Part shown: one piece after another, positions 19,651 through 32,887 of the stretch
Numbering within the stretch: position 1 is the first letter of the stretch
How the letters are laid out: every line of letters starts with the position of its first letter
Source of the DNA: an uncultured Chloroflexia bacterium
GTDB lineage: Bacteria; Chloroflexota; Limnocylindria; Limnocylindrales; CSP1-4
Direction of reading: 5' to 3'
NCBI GenBank assembly: GCA_963820735.1
Contig: CAWGBA010000002.1
Location: forward strand, 283,646-347,645
Length of the DNA stretch: 64,000 bases
Notes under the pieces: generated by a model
What the model was told of the DNA's origin: nothing
Database searches by the model: none
What the model saw: only the letters and a program-made list of their open reading frames with translations
Position numbers and translations under genes: made by a program

Positions 19651-20328
19651 ATGGATCGACAGGGAGCGCGACTGGCGCGAGCCGGCCAGGAACCGATCGT
19701 CGGCAGCCTGCCGGATGTGCCCGGCATCAGTGTCGCGATGCGCCTCACGCCGGGACTCGGGCTTCACCTTCGCGGCCTGGCGGACGAGCTGCTGGTCAAC
19801 CCGTTCCCGGGCTCGAGCCTGACGCGGGCGGAGCGCGAGCTGATCGCCATGTCGGTCTCGGCGGGGAACGATTGTTACTTCTGCATGGACTCGCACGGTG
19901 CGTTCGCGTCGGTCCTGCTGCGCGACGGCGGCGAGCAGGCGCCCGAGGCGCTCGTTGAGCGGATCAAGTCGGGAACCCGCGACGAGCTCGACGAGAAGAT
20001 GCGGGCGCTGCTGGCAATCGCCGACACGGTGCGGCGCGACCCGCTGCAGCTGACCGGCCAGGACGTGCAGCGCGCGGTCGACGCCGGCGCCTGCGACGCG
20101 GACGTGCAGCTGGCGGTCCTGATCGCGGCCGGGTTCTCGATGTACAACCGGATGGTCGACGGATTGCGCGCCCGAACACCAGGCTCGCTCGACGCGTTCC
20201 TGGCACGTGCCACCGAGATCGCGCGCAACGGCTACAGCGCCCCCACGGCACTGCCGCCATCCGGAACGGTGGCCGCCGCGGCTTCGTCGGCTGGGAGCGC
20301 CGCGGGGACGGGCGCGTCGCGCAGCTGA
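19651..20328 (+). CDS. Carboxymuconolactone decarboxylase / AhpD-like peroxidase-related protein
   Basis: AhpD core motif RELIAMSVSAGNDCYFCMDSHG. 225 aa. Confidence 0.7.
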   Translation: MDRQGARLARAGQEPIVGSLPDVPGISVAMRLTPGLGLHLRGLADELLVNPFPGSSLTRAERELIAMSVSAGNDCYFCMDSHGAFASVLLRDGGEQAPEALVERIKSGTRDELDEKMRALLAIADTVRRDPLQLTGQDVQRAVDAGACDADVQLAVLIAAGFSMYNRMVDGLRARTPGSLDAFLARATEIARNGYSAPTALPPSGTVAAAASSAGSAAGTGASRS

Positions 20329-20395
20329 GCGCTCCGACGTCGTCTTTGGCTCGGCCGCTGGGAGTCACGCTGGCGTTGCGTCACAGCGTTCGGAT

Positions 20396-22073
20396 GTGCG
20401 CGGCCTGAGCGGTCGGCGCGTCGCGCTCATCGCCGGCGTTCTCGTGGTGGTCGTGGTCGCCGGCGTGGCGATCGCGGTCGGCTCCGCGTTCCTTTCGTCC
20501 AGCAATCCGCCGATTCCGCACTTCGTGGCCGAGGGCGCGGCGTCCGGGATCGACCACGTCTACTCCGGCGACTTCGACTACTACGTCGGCGGTGGCGTGG
20601 CTGCGTTCGATTGCAACGGCGACGGACGCCCGGAGCTCTACTTCGCCGGCGGCAGCGGGCCGGCGGCGCTGTACCTGAACGAGAGCGCGGTCGGCGGCGC
20701 GCTGCGCTTCACGGCCAAGCCGGATCCGCAGACCGATCTCGACGCGGTCACCGGCGCGTACCCGATCGACATCGACGGTGATGGGATCACCGATCTCGCC
20801 GTCCTGCGCGTCGGCGGGAACGTGCTGCTCCGCGGTCTCGGTGACTGCCGCTTCGAGGACGCCAACGAAGCAGTGGGGGTTCGACGGCGGCGACGCCTGG
20901 TCGACGGCGTTCTCGGCCACGTGGGAGCAGGGCGCGAGCTGGCCGACGCTCGCGATCGGGAACTACCTGGACCAGTCCCGGCCGCTCGGCTCCGGGCAGC
21001 CATCTGCTTCGACAACGCGCTCTATCGGCCCGGCGCGCGATGCCGCCGCGTTCGCGGCGCCGACACCACTCACGCCGGGCTGGTGCGCGCTGTCGATGCT
21101 GTTCTCCGAGCTGGGACCGCTCCGGTCGAGCCGATCTCCGCGTCAGCAACGACCGGCACTACTACGCCGAGAACTCCGGCGGCGAGGAACAGCTGTGGCG
21201 AGTCGCAGCCGGGGAGGCACCGCGCCTCTACACGGCGGCCGACGGCTGGCAGTCACTGCGAGATCTGGGGCATGGGCATCGGCAGCTACGACGTCAACGG
21301 CGACGGCTACCCGGACTATCTACCTGACCAGCCAGGGCGACAACAAGCTCCAGGTCCTGGCAAGCCCGGGAACGGGATCACCGACCTACCACGACATCGC
21401 GCTGTCGATGGGCGTCACGGCCACTCGACCGTACGCCGGTGACACGACCCTCCCCTCGACCAGCTGGGATCCGTCGTTCGCCGACGTCAACGACGACGGG
21501 CTCATCGATCTGTTCGTCACCAAGGGGAACGTCGAGGCCGAGGCCGATTTCGCCATGCGCGATCCCAACGACCTGTTTCTGGGCCAACCCGACGGCACGT
21601 TTGCGGAGCACGCGGCCGACGCAGGGCTCTCGGGCTTCGAGCGCGGCCGGGGTTCTGCGCTCGTCGATCTCAACCTGGATGGCAAGCTCGACCTGGTGGT
21701 GGTCAATCGCGAAGAACCCGCGAGCGTCTGGCGAAACGTGGGCGGTGGCACCGCCGACCAACCGTCCGACCTCGGGCACTGGCTGGAACTGCGTCTCTCG
21801 CAGGGAGCGCCCAATCGCGACGCAATCGGATCCTGGGTCGAGGTTCGGGCCGGCGATCACCTGCTCAGCCGGGAGATCACCATCGGCGGTGGGCACGCGA
21901 GCGGGCAGCTTGGCTGGATCCACTTCGGGCTGGGAGCAGCAGACCAGTCGCAGGTTCGGGTCACCTGGTCGGACGGAACCCAGACCGGCTGGCTGAGCGT
22001 CGGCGCGGATCAGTTTCTGGGCATCGATAAGGAGACCGGAACGGCGACGCCCTGGACGCCGCCGGGTCCCTGA
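20396..22073 (+). pseudogene. CRTAC1-family protein (FG-GAP repeats + ASPIC/UnbV domain), frameshifted once around 20880
   Basis: FDCNGDGRPELYF, IDIDGDGITDLAVL, DVNDDGLIDLF, DLNLDGKLDLVV (FG-GAP). C-terminal UnbV/ASPIC segment IGSWVEVRAGDHLLSREITIGGGHASGQ. Two ORFs, 20207..21442 and 20778..22073, cover the gene. Confidence 0.7.
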
Positions 22074-22137
22074 CCAGTCCGATCAGGCAGGATCAGCCAG
22101 GCCCCGACGAGCTGCCGTTGCTGCGCGGCGCGCGGAT

Positions 22138-23150
22138 TTACGCCGCCACCGGCTCCTGCGCCGCGGACTCGCTCGGCGCGTGCGCCTCGTCGGCGTCGAA
22201 CACCCGCTCGCGTCGCGTCCGCGCGTAGACGATCTGGCCCGTTGTCGAGCTCGAGCCGCTCGGCCTCGTCGCGCGGCACCTGCGCCCAGACGCGCGACGC
22301 CGTCGGCGCGCACCAGCCCGACGCGCACCTCGAAGCCGAGGTAGGTCACGCGCTCGATCATCGCCTCCACGCCGCCATCGACCGGGTCGACGAAGAGGTC
22401 GATGTCGTGCGGCCGCACGTACGCCGTCGCCGAGCTGGTTGACCGGGCCGATGAAGCCCATCACGAACTCGTTGGCCGGCCGCTCGTAGAGCTCGCGCGG
22501 CTTGCCCACCTGCTCGATCGCGCCCAGTGTTCATGACCACGATCCGGTCGGCGACCTCCATCGCCTCTTCCTGGTCGTGGGTCACGAAGACGGTCGTGAC
22601 GTGCGTCTCTTCGTGCAGCCGCCGCAGCCACGCGCGCAGCTCCTTGCGGACGCGCGCATCGAGGGCGCCGAACGGCTCGTCGAGCAGCAGCACCTCGGGC
22701 TCGACCGCCAGCGCGCGCGCCAGGGCCATGCGCTGGCGCTGGCCACCCGAGAGCTGGCTGGGGTAGCGATCGGCAAGGTGCTCGATCTGGACGAGCGCCA
22801 GGAGGTCGTGCACGCGTGCGCTGATCTCCGCCTTGGGCCGCTTGCGGATGGTCAGGCCGAAGGCCACGTTGTCGCACACGGTCATGTGCTTGAACGGCGC
22901 GTAGTGCTGGAAGACGAAGCCGATGCCCCGTCCCCTGCGGGGGCACGCGCGTCACGTCCCGATCGCCGAGCCGGACCGTGCCCGAGTCGGGGATCTCGAG
23001 CCCGGCGATGATCCGCAGCAGCGTCGACTTGCCGCTGCCGGAGGGACCAAGGAGCGCGGTCAGCTCCCCGTCCGGCACGGCCAGCTGACGTCGTCGACGG
23101 CGACGAAGTCGCCGAAGATGCTTGGTCACGTGCTCGACGGTGATGGCCAT
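22138..23150 (-). pseudogene. cysA: Sulfate/thiosulfate ABC importer ATP-binding protein, frameshifted
   Basis: N-terminus [18 protein letters not shown] (22461..23150). Middle [27 protein letters not shown] (22358..22885). C-terminal TOBE-like segment (22138..22509). Confidence 0.75.
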
Positions 23151-23259
23151 GGCTCAGCCCTCGTTCTGGGTGGCTGCGGAACCGTCGCGGCTCCGGTTGG
23201 CGAGTCAGTCGTCGGAGTCGTCGCGCCGGCACTGCGGACGGGAGAGGTCCACGACCCAG

Positions 23260-24130
23260 TCACGGGCCCGCGTTCCGCGACCGGACTGCAGCACGTTCAT
23301 GGCCAGCAGCACGCGCGATCGCGAGGAGTGCCAGCACGACGGCCGCGGTGTAGGCGCCGATCAGGTCGAACTCGTGGTAGCGCTCCTCGACGTAGAGCGT
23401 CAGCGTCTCGGTCTTGCCGGAGATGCGTCCGCTCACGACGCTGACCGCGCCGAACTCGCCGAGCGACCGCGCGGTGGTCAGGACCACGCCGTAGATCACG
23501 CCCCAGCGGATGGCCGGCAGCGTGACGCGCCAGAACGTCCGCGCCGGCGACGCGCCCGAGGGTGTAGGCGGCCTCTTCCTGGTCGGTGCCGATCTCCTGC
23601 AGGACCGGGATCACCTCGCGCGACCACGAACGGCAGCGAGACGAAGACCGTGGCGAGGACCATGCCCGGCATCGCGAAGATGACCTGGAAGCCGGCCGAG
23701 TGGAGCGCCGGGCCGAACCAGCCGTTGTTGCCGTAGACGAGCACCAGCGACAGGCCGATGACGACCGGCGAGAGCGCGAACGGCAGGTCGATCAGCGGCG
23801 TTGAGGAGGCCGCGGCCGCGGAAGCGGCGGCGCACCAGCGCGAGCGCGGTGATGACCCCGAAGATCGTGTTGATGGGCACGGCGATCGCGGCAGATGGTC
23901 GAACGGTCAGCCAGAAGGCGTGCTGGAAGTCGGGCGCGCTGGAGCGCCGTCGATGACAGGCGCCGAGCCCGTTCTCGAAGGTGCGCTAGAAGACCAGGCC
24001 AACCGGGATCGCCAGCAGCAGCGCGAGGTAGCCGAGGCCGATGAAGCGGACGACCAGGCGCACGCCACGGCCGCGGGACGCGCGATGGACGGCAGCGACG
24101 GTCGTGGCACGGGCCGGTGGCACCGACCCA
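23260..24130 (-). pseudogene. cysW: Sulfate ABC transporter permease CysW, frameshifted; N-terminal boundary approximate
   Basis: Fragments 23611..23880, 23496..23744, 23297..23614 and 23260..23499 give a contiguous CysW-like sequence (..EEAAYTLG..VVLTTARSLGEFGAVSVVSG..). Confidence 0.55.
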
Positions 24131-24199
24131 CCGCTCGCGCCTCCGGGGAGAGGCTGTTCGCCGAAGGTTGCGTCGGCGCCGGTTGCGCTCATGCCTCGG

Positions 24200-25078
24200 C
24201 CTCTTCGTCGTGCAGCGTCCGCCGGCGGATCGCGTCCATCACGGCGAGCACGAGCGAGCGCGATCGCAAGCAGCACGACGGAGATGGCCGACGCGGCGAC
24301 GGGATCGTCGTTCTGGATCTGCGTAAAGATGTTGACCGAGGCGACTTCGGTCTTCATCGGGATGTTCCCGGAGATCAGCACGACCGAGCCGAACTCGCCG
24401 ACGGCACGCGCGAAGCGCGAGACCGCTGCCGGTCAGGATCGCCGGCAGCAGCGTCGGCAGGACGATCCGCCGCAGGATCGTGCGTTGGTTCGCGCCGAGG
24501 GAGGCCGCGGCTTCCTCCATGTCCCGATCGAGCTCGAGCAGCACCGGCTGGACGGAGCGGATCACGAACGGCAGCGTGACGAAGAGGAGCGCGATCAGGA
24601 TGCCCGCCTGCGTGTAGGCGAGGTTGAGCCCGAACGGGCTCTTCGGGCCCGTAGAGGGCAAGGAGCGTCAAGCCCGGCCACGATCGTCGGCAGCGCGAAC
24701 GGCAGGTCGATCAGTGCGTTGACGTAGCGCTTGCCCGGGAACGCAGTCGCGTACCAGGATCCAGGCGATCAGCGTGCCCATCACCGCGTTGATCGCCACG
24801 ACCACGAACGCGAGCAGGATCGTGAGCTGGAGCGCAGCCAGGGTCTGACGATTGGTGATCGCCGCAACGAACGCGTCGAGCCCGTCGGAGACCGACTTGA
24901 AGGCAACGGCCGCGATCGGGATCAGGACGATCAGGCCGAGATACACCGCGGCGATGCCGGGGCCGAGCAGCCCGGAGCCGGGCGCTCGACGGGCCCGATG
25001 ACGCCGCTTGGCACCGGCGGGAGCGGGGGTCGCGGATTGCCCGCCGAAGCGGCCGCGTATCCCTGTGGCGATGCTCAT
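24200..25078 (-). pseudogene. cysT: Sulfate ABC transporter permease CysT, frameshifted; C-terminal boundary approximate
   Basis: N-terminus 24668..25078 (polytopic), middle 24239..24661 (EEAAASLGANQRTILRRIVLP), C-terminal fragment 23986..24381. Confidence 0.6.
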
Positions 25079-25088
25079 CGGAGCGCCG

Positions 25089-26201
25089 TCACGGCTGGAC
25101 GCCGAGCCCCTGCTCGATCTTGGCGACGATGCCGTTGGTCTTGTCGAAGAACTGCGTGCTGACCGCCGGCCAGCCGCCGAGGTCGGAGATGGTGAAGAGT
25201 GTTGACGGCGTCGGGAAGCTGACGCCGTCGGGTGGGGTCACGCCGGAGATCACCGGCCGGTAGCCCTTGCCGGCAAAGGCGTTCTGCGCGTCCGGGGTGG
25301 TCAGGAAGGTCACGAACGACGAGGCCTTGTCAGGCGTGTCGCCGACCTTGGTGACCGCGACGGGGTTCTCGATGAGGATCGTGCTGTCCGGTACGACGTA
25401 GTCGACGTCCTGGCCGCCCTGCTGGGCGGCGATGGCCTCGTTCTCGTAGGCGAGCATCACGTCACCCTGGCCGGCGATGAACGTCTGCAGCGACGCGCGC
25501 GCACTGGTGTCCTGCACGAGCACGTTCGCGAACAGCTTCTGCAGGTTCGCCTGCGCCTGGGCGTCGGTCAGATCCGGCTTTCTTCCAGGCGCCGTAGGCG
25601 GCCATGACGTTCCAGCGCGCGCCGCCCGAGGTGAACGGGTTGGCCTCGATCACGCCGACGCCGGGCTGGATCAGGTCATCCCACGTCTTGATGTTCTTGG
25701 GGTTGCCCTTGCGGACGACGAAGACGACGACGCTGTCGGTGACCATCCCCTTGGTCGGCGTGCTGCTCCAGCTCGCGTCGACTATCCCGTCCTCGACGAG
25801 GCGAGTCGACGTCGGGCGCGAGCGAGAAGGCGACCACGTCGGCCGGGAGCCCGGCATCGACGGCGCGGCTCTGGTCGCCGGATGCGCCGTAGGACGTTTC
25901 GACCTCGACGCCGCTGCCGTCCGGCGTGGCCTGCCAGAGCGGGATGATCGCGTCGTATGCCGATTTCGGCGTGCTGTAGGCGACCAGGGTGAGCGCGCCG
26001 GTCTCTGCCTGGAACGGCGTGGGTGTTGGCGTTGCGTTCGCCGCTGCCGATGGAACGGCTGTCGGCCCAGTCGGCCCAGTCGGCGCGCTCGATGCGCTCG
26101 ATGCGCTCGGCCCGGGCGGCGCGCCGCTACCGCTGCAGGCCACGACGACCAACGTCAGCGAGATTCCGAGCAGAGCCCGAGCTCCAGGCGTCGAACGCAT
26201 G
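25089..26201 (-). pseudogene. Sulfate-binding protein paralog 1 (Sbp/CysP), frameshifted at least twice
   Basis: Lipoprotein N-terminus MRSTPGARALLGISLTLVVVACSG (start 26201, RBS GGAGGG). Body spread over 25676..26566, 25462..25857 and 25089..25523. About 80% aa identity to the intact paralog. Confidence 0.7.
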
Positions 26202-26487
26202 AACCCTCCAGGAATGCGGACAGCGTGCCGAGCGCTCCCTGCGAAGCGACTAATCCGCTTTTGTCGAGAGGAATAATAGACATATAGGACAACGCGCGCA
26301 CAAGGGCCGAATGGACGGTGGGCGAACGAAGACAGCCGGCAGCGCGCACCCCCTCGGCAAGGAGGCCGCTGCTGCCGGCTGGGAGGAGGAACGGCGACGC
26401 GTGGAGTGTCGCCGTTTGTGTTGGTGGCCCCGTGCCGGGCGACGAGGGCGTTCTGCCCGTCACCCGGCCCGGGAGTGCAGGTCTTGC

Positions 26488-27738
26488 CTAGCTGCCGAGG
26501 CCCGCCTCGATCTGCGTGACGAGCCCGTTCGTCTTGTCGAAGAACTGGGTGTTGACCTGATCCCATCCGCCGAGATCACCGATGGTGAAGAGGCCGGATG
26601 GGGTCGGGAAGGTGATGCCGTCGGGCGGCGTCACACCGGAGATCACCGGCCGGTAGCCCTTGCTCGCGTAGGTCGCCTGGGCGTCCGGCGTGGTCAGGAA
26701 GCTGAGGAACGACTGCGCCTTCTCGGGCACGTCGCCGACGTTGGTCACGGCGGCCGGGTTCTCGATCAGGATCGTCTCATCGGGGACGACGTAGTCGAGG
26801 TCCTGGCCGCCCGCTTTGGCGGCAATCGCCTCGTTCTCGTACGAGATGAGCACGTCACCCTGGCCGGCAAGGAACGTCTGGGTCGCGGCGCGACCGCTCG
26901 TGTCCTGCACCAGCACGTTCTTGAACAGCGTGTTCAGGTTGGCGAGGGCCTGATCGTCCGGCAGGCCTTCCTTCTTCCATGCGCCGAAAGCCGCCATCAC
27001 GTTCCACTTGGCGCTTCCCGAGGTCAGCGGATTGGGCGTGATGATCCCGATACCCGGCTGGAGCAGGTCATTCCAGGTGTGGATGTTCTTGGGATTGCCC
27101 GGGCGAACGGCGAGCACGACCACGCTGTCGGTGACCATGCCATGGGTGTCGTTGCACGCCCAGTCGGCGTTGACCTTGCCGCTCTTGACCAGCCGGTCCA
27201 CGTCCGGGGCCAGCGAGAACGCAACCACGTCGGCGGCGAGGCCGGCGTCGACCGCGCGGCTCTGGTCACCGGATGCGCCGTACGAGCTCTCGACCTCGAC
27301 GCCGGTACCGTCAGGCGTCGCCTGCCACAGCGGGATGATCGCGTCGTAGGCGGACTTCGGGGTGCTGTACGCGACGAGCGTCAGGGCGCCGCCGGTCGGC
27401 TCGAACGGTGTCGGCGCGGGGGTTGCGTCCGGATTGGCGGGCGGCGCCGTCGGACCCGTCGTCGGAGCCGTGGTCGTGGCGGCCGTCGGCGCGGCGGTCG
27501 GGCCAGTGGGCGCCGCTGCGGCATACGCGAGCGAGTTCGTTACCGCACCAGATGATGCGACGCAGCTCGCCGGGGAGGCGCTCGGCGCTTCCGATTGAGC
27601 GCTGACCGCGCTCCCTCCGATGGTGGCGGCCAGTACCGCCGTCGATAGCCCGATCGCGATCCGGGCGCCGGTGTGGAACTGCACGATCAACCCTCCAGGA
27701 GCGCGCACCACCGAATCTCGGTTTGTGCGCTTGTCCAT
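26488..27738 (-). CDS. Sulfate ABC transporter substrate-binding protein, intact paralog
   Basis: 416 aa. Sbp-family motifs LVAYSTPKSAYD, YGASGDQSRAV, NPLTSGSAKWN, ENEAIAA. The true start may be an internal codon. Confidence 0.8.
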   Translation of the reverse strand: MDKRTNRDSVVRAPGGLIVQFHTGARIAIGLSTAVLAATIGGSAVSAQSEAPSASPASCVASSGAVTNSLAYAAAAPTGPTAAPTAATTTAPTTGPTAPPANPDATPAPTPFEPTGGALTLVAYSTPKSAYDAIIPLWQATPDGTGVEVESSYGASGDQSRAVDAGLAADVVAFSLAPDVDRLVKSGKVNADWACNDTHGMVTDSVVVLAVRPGNPKNIHTWNDLLQPGIGIITPNPLTSGSAKWNVMAAFGAWKKEGLPDDQALANLNTLFKNVLVQDTSGRAATQTFLAGQGDVLISYENEAIAAKAGGQDLDYVVPDETILIENPAAVTNVGDVPEKAQSFLSFLTTPDAQATYASKGYRPVISGVTPPDGITFPTPSGLFTIGDLGGWDQVNTQFFDKTNGLVTQIEAGLGS

Positions 27739-27849
27739 GTTTGTCGAGCGACATAGTAGACATAATGGAGAAAGCGCGCGCCGCCCAGAACCGGCCGCAT
27801 CTCGAGCCCAGCCGGTCGACCTTGGTCGCTGGATCGGACGCCGGATCCG

Positions 27850-28338
27850 TTATGCGGCTAGTGGCTCCCAACCGTCCGGCGCCAGCTCGAAATGCTCGAA
27901 CTCGAATGCCGGCGAGACCGTGCAGCCAGCCAAGGTCCAATCCCCCATCGTGCCCGACTGTTGCCATGCACCCGGCGGCACGACGATCTGCGGCCGCTGC
28001 GCGGCACAGATGTCTGGTCCGAGCACGTGCTCTGTCAGCGTCCGCTTCCCACTCCCCTCCTCCACGATCGACAGCGCAAGTGGGGCGCCCGCGTACCAGT
28101 GCCATGTCTCCGCCGCGTCGACCCGATGCCACGCGTCCAGGTCACCAGCACGCAGCAAGAAATAGATCGCGCTGCCCGCGGCGCGTTCGCCGGGTGCGGC
28201 ATCGGCACGCCACGTCTCGCGGTACCACCCGCCTTCTGGGTGCTGCCGCAGCCCGAGTTCGGCGATGAGGTCGTTTGCGTCCACGCGCAGATCGTATCCG
28301 GGTCTCAAACCTCGGAATTCCAATGAGATGTGGAGCAT
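27850..28338 (-). CDS. Cupin domain protein (DUF985-like)
   Basis: Start taken at MLHISLEFRG inside the longer ORF. Beta-barrel cupin motifs HPEGGWYRETW, WHRVDAAETWHWYAGAPL. Confidence 0.65.
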   Translation of the reverse strand: MLHISLEFRGLRPGYDLRVDANDLIAELGLRQHPEGGWYRETWRADAAPGERAAGSAIYFLLRAGDLDAWHRVDAAETWHWYAGAPLALSIVEEGSGKRTLTEHVLGPDICAAQRPQIVVPPGAWQQSGTMGDWTLAGCTVSPAFEFEHFELAPDGWEPLAA

Positions 28339-28751
28339 CGGGGTCACTCGGGGCTGTTCGGCTCGGCGGCCGAAGCCTGGATCGACACTGTTCGCATCAG
28401 ATGCGAAAACCGAGGGCCTGGAGACCGCGCGACCACGCCACCCTGTGTCGTGCTCGTCGATTCGGGCCCAGGGCATCAAATCAGATTGCAAAGTTGCGCG
28501 CGGAGCTGCCCGCGAGTCGCGGGGAACCGGGAACGGAACGAGCCCGGCCCCTTCGCGGGAACCGGGCTCGACGTTTCACGATCGAACTGGAGGCGTGACG
28601 CTTCCTTCGCCGGGCTGCGCCGCGCGCGCATTCGGCCAAGTCCCGATGTTGCCACCGGGCTCCGGCCTGCAACCTTCCTCCGCAGCGCTGGTGCGCTGCT
28701 GCGCGCGGCAGAGTCGTGGCCCCGGTGTTACCACCGGGCTCCGGCCTGCGC

Positions 28752-30682
<1,931 letters not shown>

Positions 30683-30689
30683 TTACTCC

Positions 30690-31360
30690 CTGGAATCCGG
30701 CTGGCTGCCGGCGTGGTGTGACTTGGAATGGGATTTCGTGTGAGGAGTGGTCCTGAGCCCGTGTCCGAGTCAGCTGCCGGGCCGCCCTTGGCGACGCTGA
30801 CGAGCGACGGCCGCAGGATCCGATCGCGGATGCGATAGCCACGCTGCAGCTCGCGCAGGACGGTGCCTTCGGGTACGACGTCCGACTCCTCGTACGCGAT
30901 CGCGTCGTGCTCGCGGGGATCGAACGGCTTGCCCTCGGCCGACTCGGCCGACCGAGACGCCCTCCGACTCGAGCAGGGCTCGCAGCTTGCGGTCGATGGC
31001 GGCGATGCCCTCGACCCACGGGGAGTGCTGCTGGTCGGCCGGGACGTGCTCGATGGCACGATCGAAGTCGTCGGCGATGCCGAGGAGCTTGAGCAGCAGC
31101 ATCTCGTTGGCCAGGCCGGCTTCCTCGTCGCGCTGCTGGTCCGTGCGGCGGCGGTAGTTCTGGAAATCGGCCGCGCTGCGCTGCCAGCGCGGCCTTGTTC
31201 TCGGCCGCCTCCTGCTCGGCTCGCTCGGCTCGGTCGCGCAGCTCGTCGAGCTCGGCGGCGAGGCCGCCTGCGACGTGTCGAGCGCCTCGATGCGCTCTTC
31301 GGCGCGAGTCTTCGGGCGCGGCACGGGCGCTGCGCCAGCGTTCTCCGCGCCGTTGGGTGA
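30690..31360 (-). pseudogene. grpE: Nucleotide exchange factor GrpE, at least 3 frameshifts; boundaries approximate
   Basis: FQNYRRRTDQQRDE, LLKLLGIADDFDRA, KPFDPREHDAIAYEESDVVPEGTVLRELQRGYRIRDRILRPSLVSVAK. My corrected-frame end is a TAA 13 nt before the dnaK ATG. Confidence 0.7.
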
Positions 31361-31364
31361 TCGT

Positions 31365-32455
31365 TCATGGCTTCCGTCTCAATCTGGTGCTCAGGCATAC
31401 AGGTGGTCGACGAGCTCGTTCATCAGACCGCTCACGTAGCGAACGGTGCTGATCGCGTGTGGGTAGGCCATGCGCGTCGGCCCGAGGACGCCGAGCACGC
31501 CCGTCGCGCGTCCCTGCCGGCCGTAGCTCGACGAGCACGAGCGCGACGTCGTCCATCTCTTCGTGCCCGGTCTCTCGACCGATGAAGACATGGACGTCGC
31601 CCGGCGCGTGCAGCTGGAGCATCAGCGCGCCCAGGTACTGGCGGTCCTGAAGAACTTCGAAGACGCGACGCAGCTTCTCGCTGCGGGCGAATTCGGGCGC
31701 CTCCATGACGTTGAGCAGACCCTCGCTGAAGACGTCCTCCACGGCCGAGGCATCGAACTCGTGGACCATCTGCACGATCCGCTCCATGGCCGTCACCGCG
31801 AGCGGATCGTTGAGGCTCGGATCGCGGCGCGAGCCGCGCCAGGTCGTTGTCGATCTGCTGCGCCGAGCGCCCGGCCAGCGCCGTGTTGAGCGTTCGCGAG
31901 AGCCGGTCCAGGTCTTCCTGGGCCGCCCATCCGACTGCAGCAGGACCTGCTGGACCGGTCCCTCGGCCAGCACCAGCACGAGGGTGGCATTGCGCGGACC
32001 GGTCGAGACGATGTCGATGCGGCGCACGCGACCGGCGGCCGGCTTGGCCGCGGTCGCAAGACCGGCCGCGTGGGTCGAACCTGCCAGCGTGGCGGCCGCC
32101 AGGCGGAACCATTGCTCGCTCGCGAACTCCACCTGGCCGAACTGGTGGCGGATCATCAGCTGCTCGACGGGCGCCAGCGCAGTCCGAGTCGGCGATCGAT
32201 CTCGACGTACGTGCGGTAGCCACGCTCGGTGGGCTGGCGACCGGCGCTGGTGTGCGAGTGCGTCAGGTAGCCGGCTGCCTCCAGCTCGGCCATCACGTTG
32301 CGAACGGTGGCCGGACTGACGCCGAGCCGGTACTTGGAGACCAGCGTGATGCTGCCGACGGGCTGCGCGGTGGACACGTATTCCTCGATGACGGCCCGCA
32401 GGATGGCCGCGGATCGCGGCTCCAGCGGTCCGGGGCGGTCCTTGCGACGCGCCAT
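31365..32455 (-). pseudogene. hrcA: Heat-inducible transcription repressor HrcA, one frameshift near 32156
   Basis: N-terminus [42 protein letters not shown].. (wHTH of HrcA). C-terminal fragment 31365..32156. A CIRCE element lies immediately upstream. Confidence 0.8.
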
Positions 32456-32514
32456 GGATGGACCTCGGATGTACGCAGAGTCCCGTGACGAGGACCTGCC
32501 TCGGCTCCGGGAAG

Positions 32515-32541
32515 TTAGCACTCTTACGGTGCGAGTGCTAA
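32515..32541. promoter_or_regulatory. CIRCE operator TTAGCACTC-N9-GAGTGCTAA, the HrcA binding site
   Basis: Perfect consensus inverted repeat read directly, about 60 bp upstream of the hrcA start. Confidence 0.9.
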
Positions 32542-32887
32542 CCAGTCGACCGAATAGTAGCAGTCGGCCAGTTCGAGTGTCAACGCTTCCGGAGGTCCGG
32601 CCTGGCCCGCCTGCGACTCCGCCATCCCTCGGCGGACAGGAAGGCGCGCGCCTTGCAGGAGTCCAATCCGATTCAATGGTTCCGCCCGTGGTTGCGTGAC
32701 TTCCGGGCATTTCGGCGCGCCGAGCGGCCTGGAACTGCCGACTTTCCCATCCGATGCGAATTGCGCCGTCGTCCGAGGCACGTCCGAGCTCGATGACGGC
32801 AATCCACGTGGATGACTCCACATCAGATTGAAATCCTGCGGCCCGAGGGTGCGGTACCGCCGGACGGGGCCATGGGAACCGCGGCGG

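Noticed and set aside
17718-19748. 676-aa minus-strand ORF
   Set aside because: Antisense of the RnfD-like and Gfo/Idh/MocA genes. Arg/Gly/Asp-rich with no protein-like segments.
32524-32823. 99-aa minus-strand ORF upstream of hrcA
   Set aside because: It overlaps the CIRCE operator and the hrcA promoter. It has no RBS and no recognisable fold.
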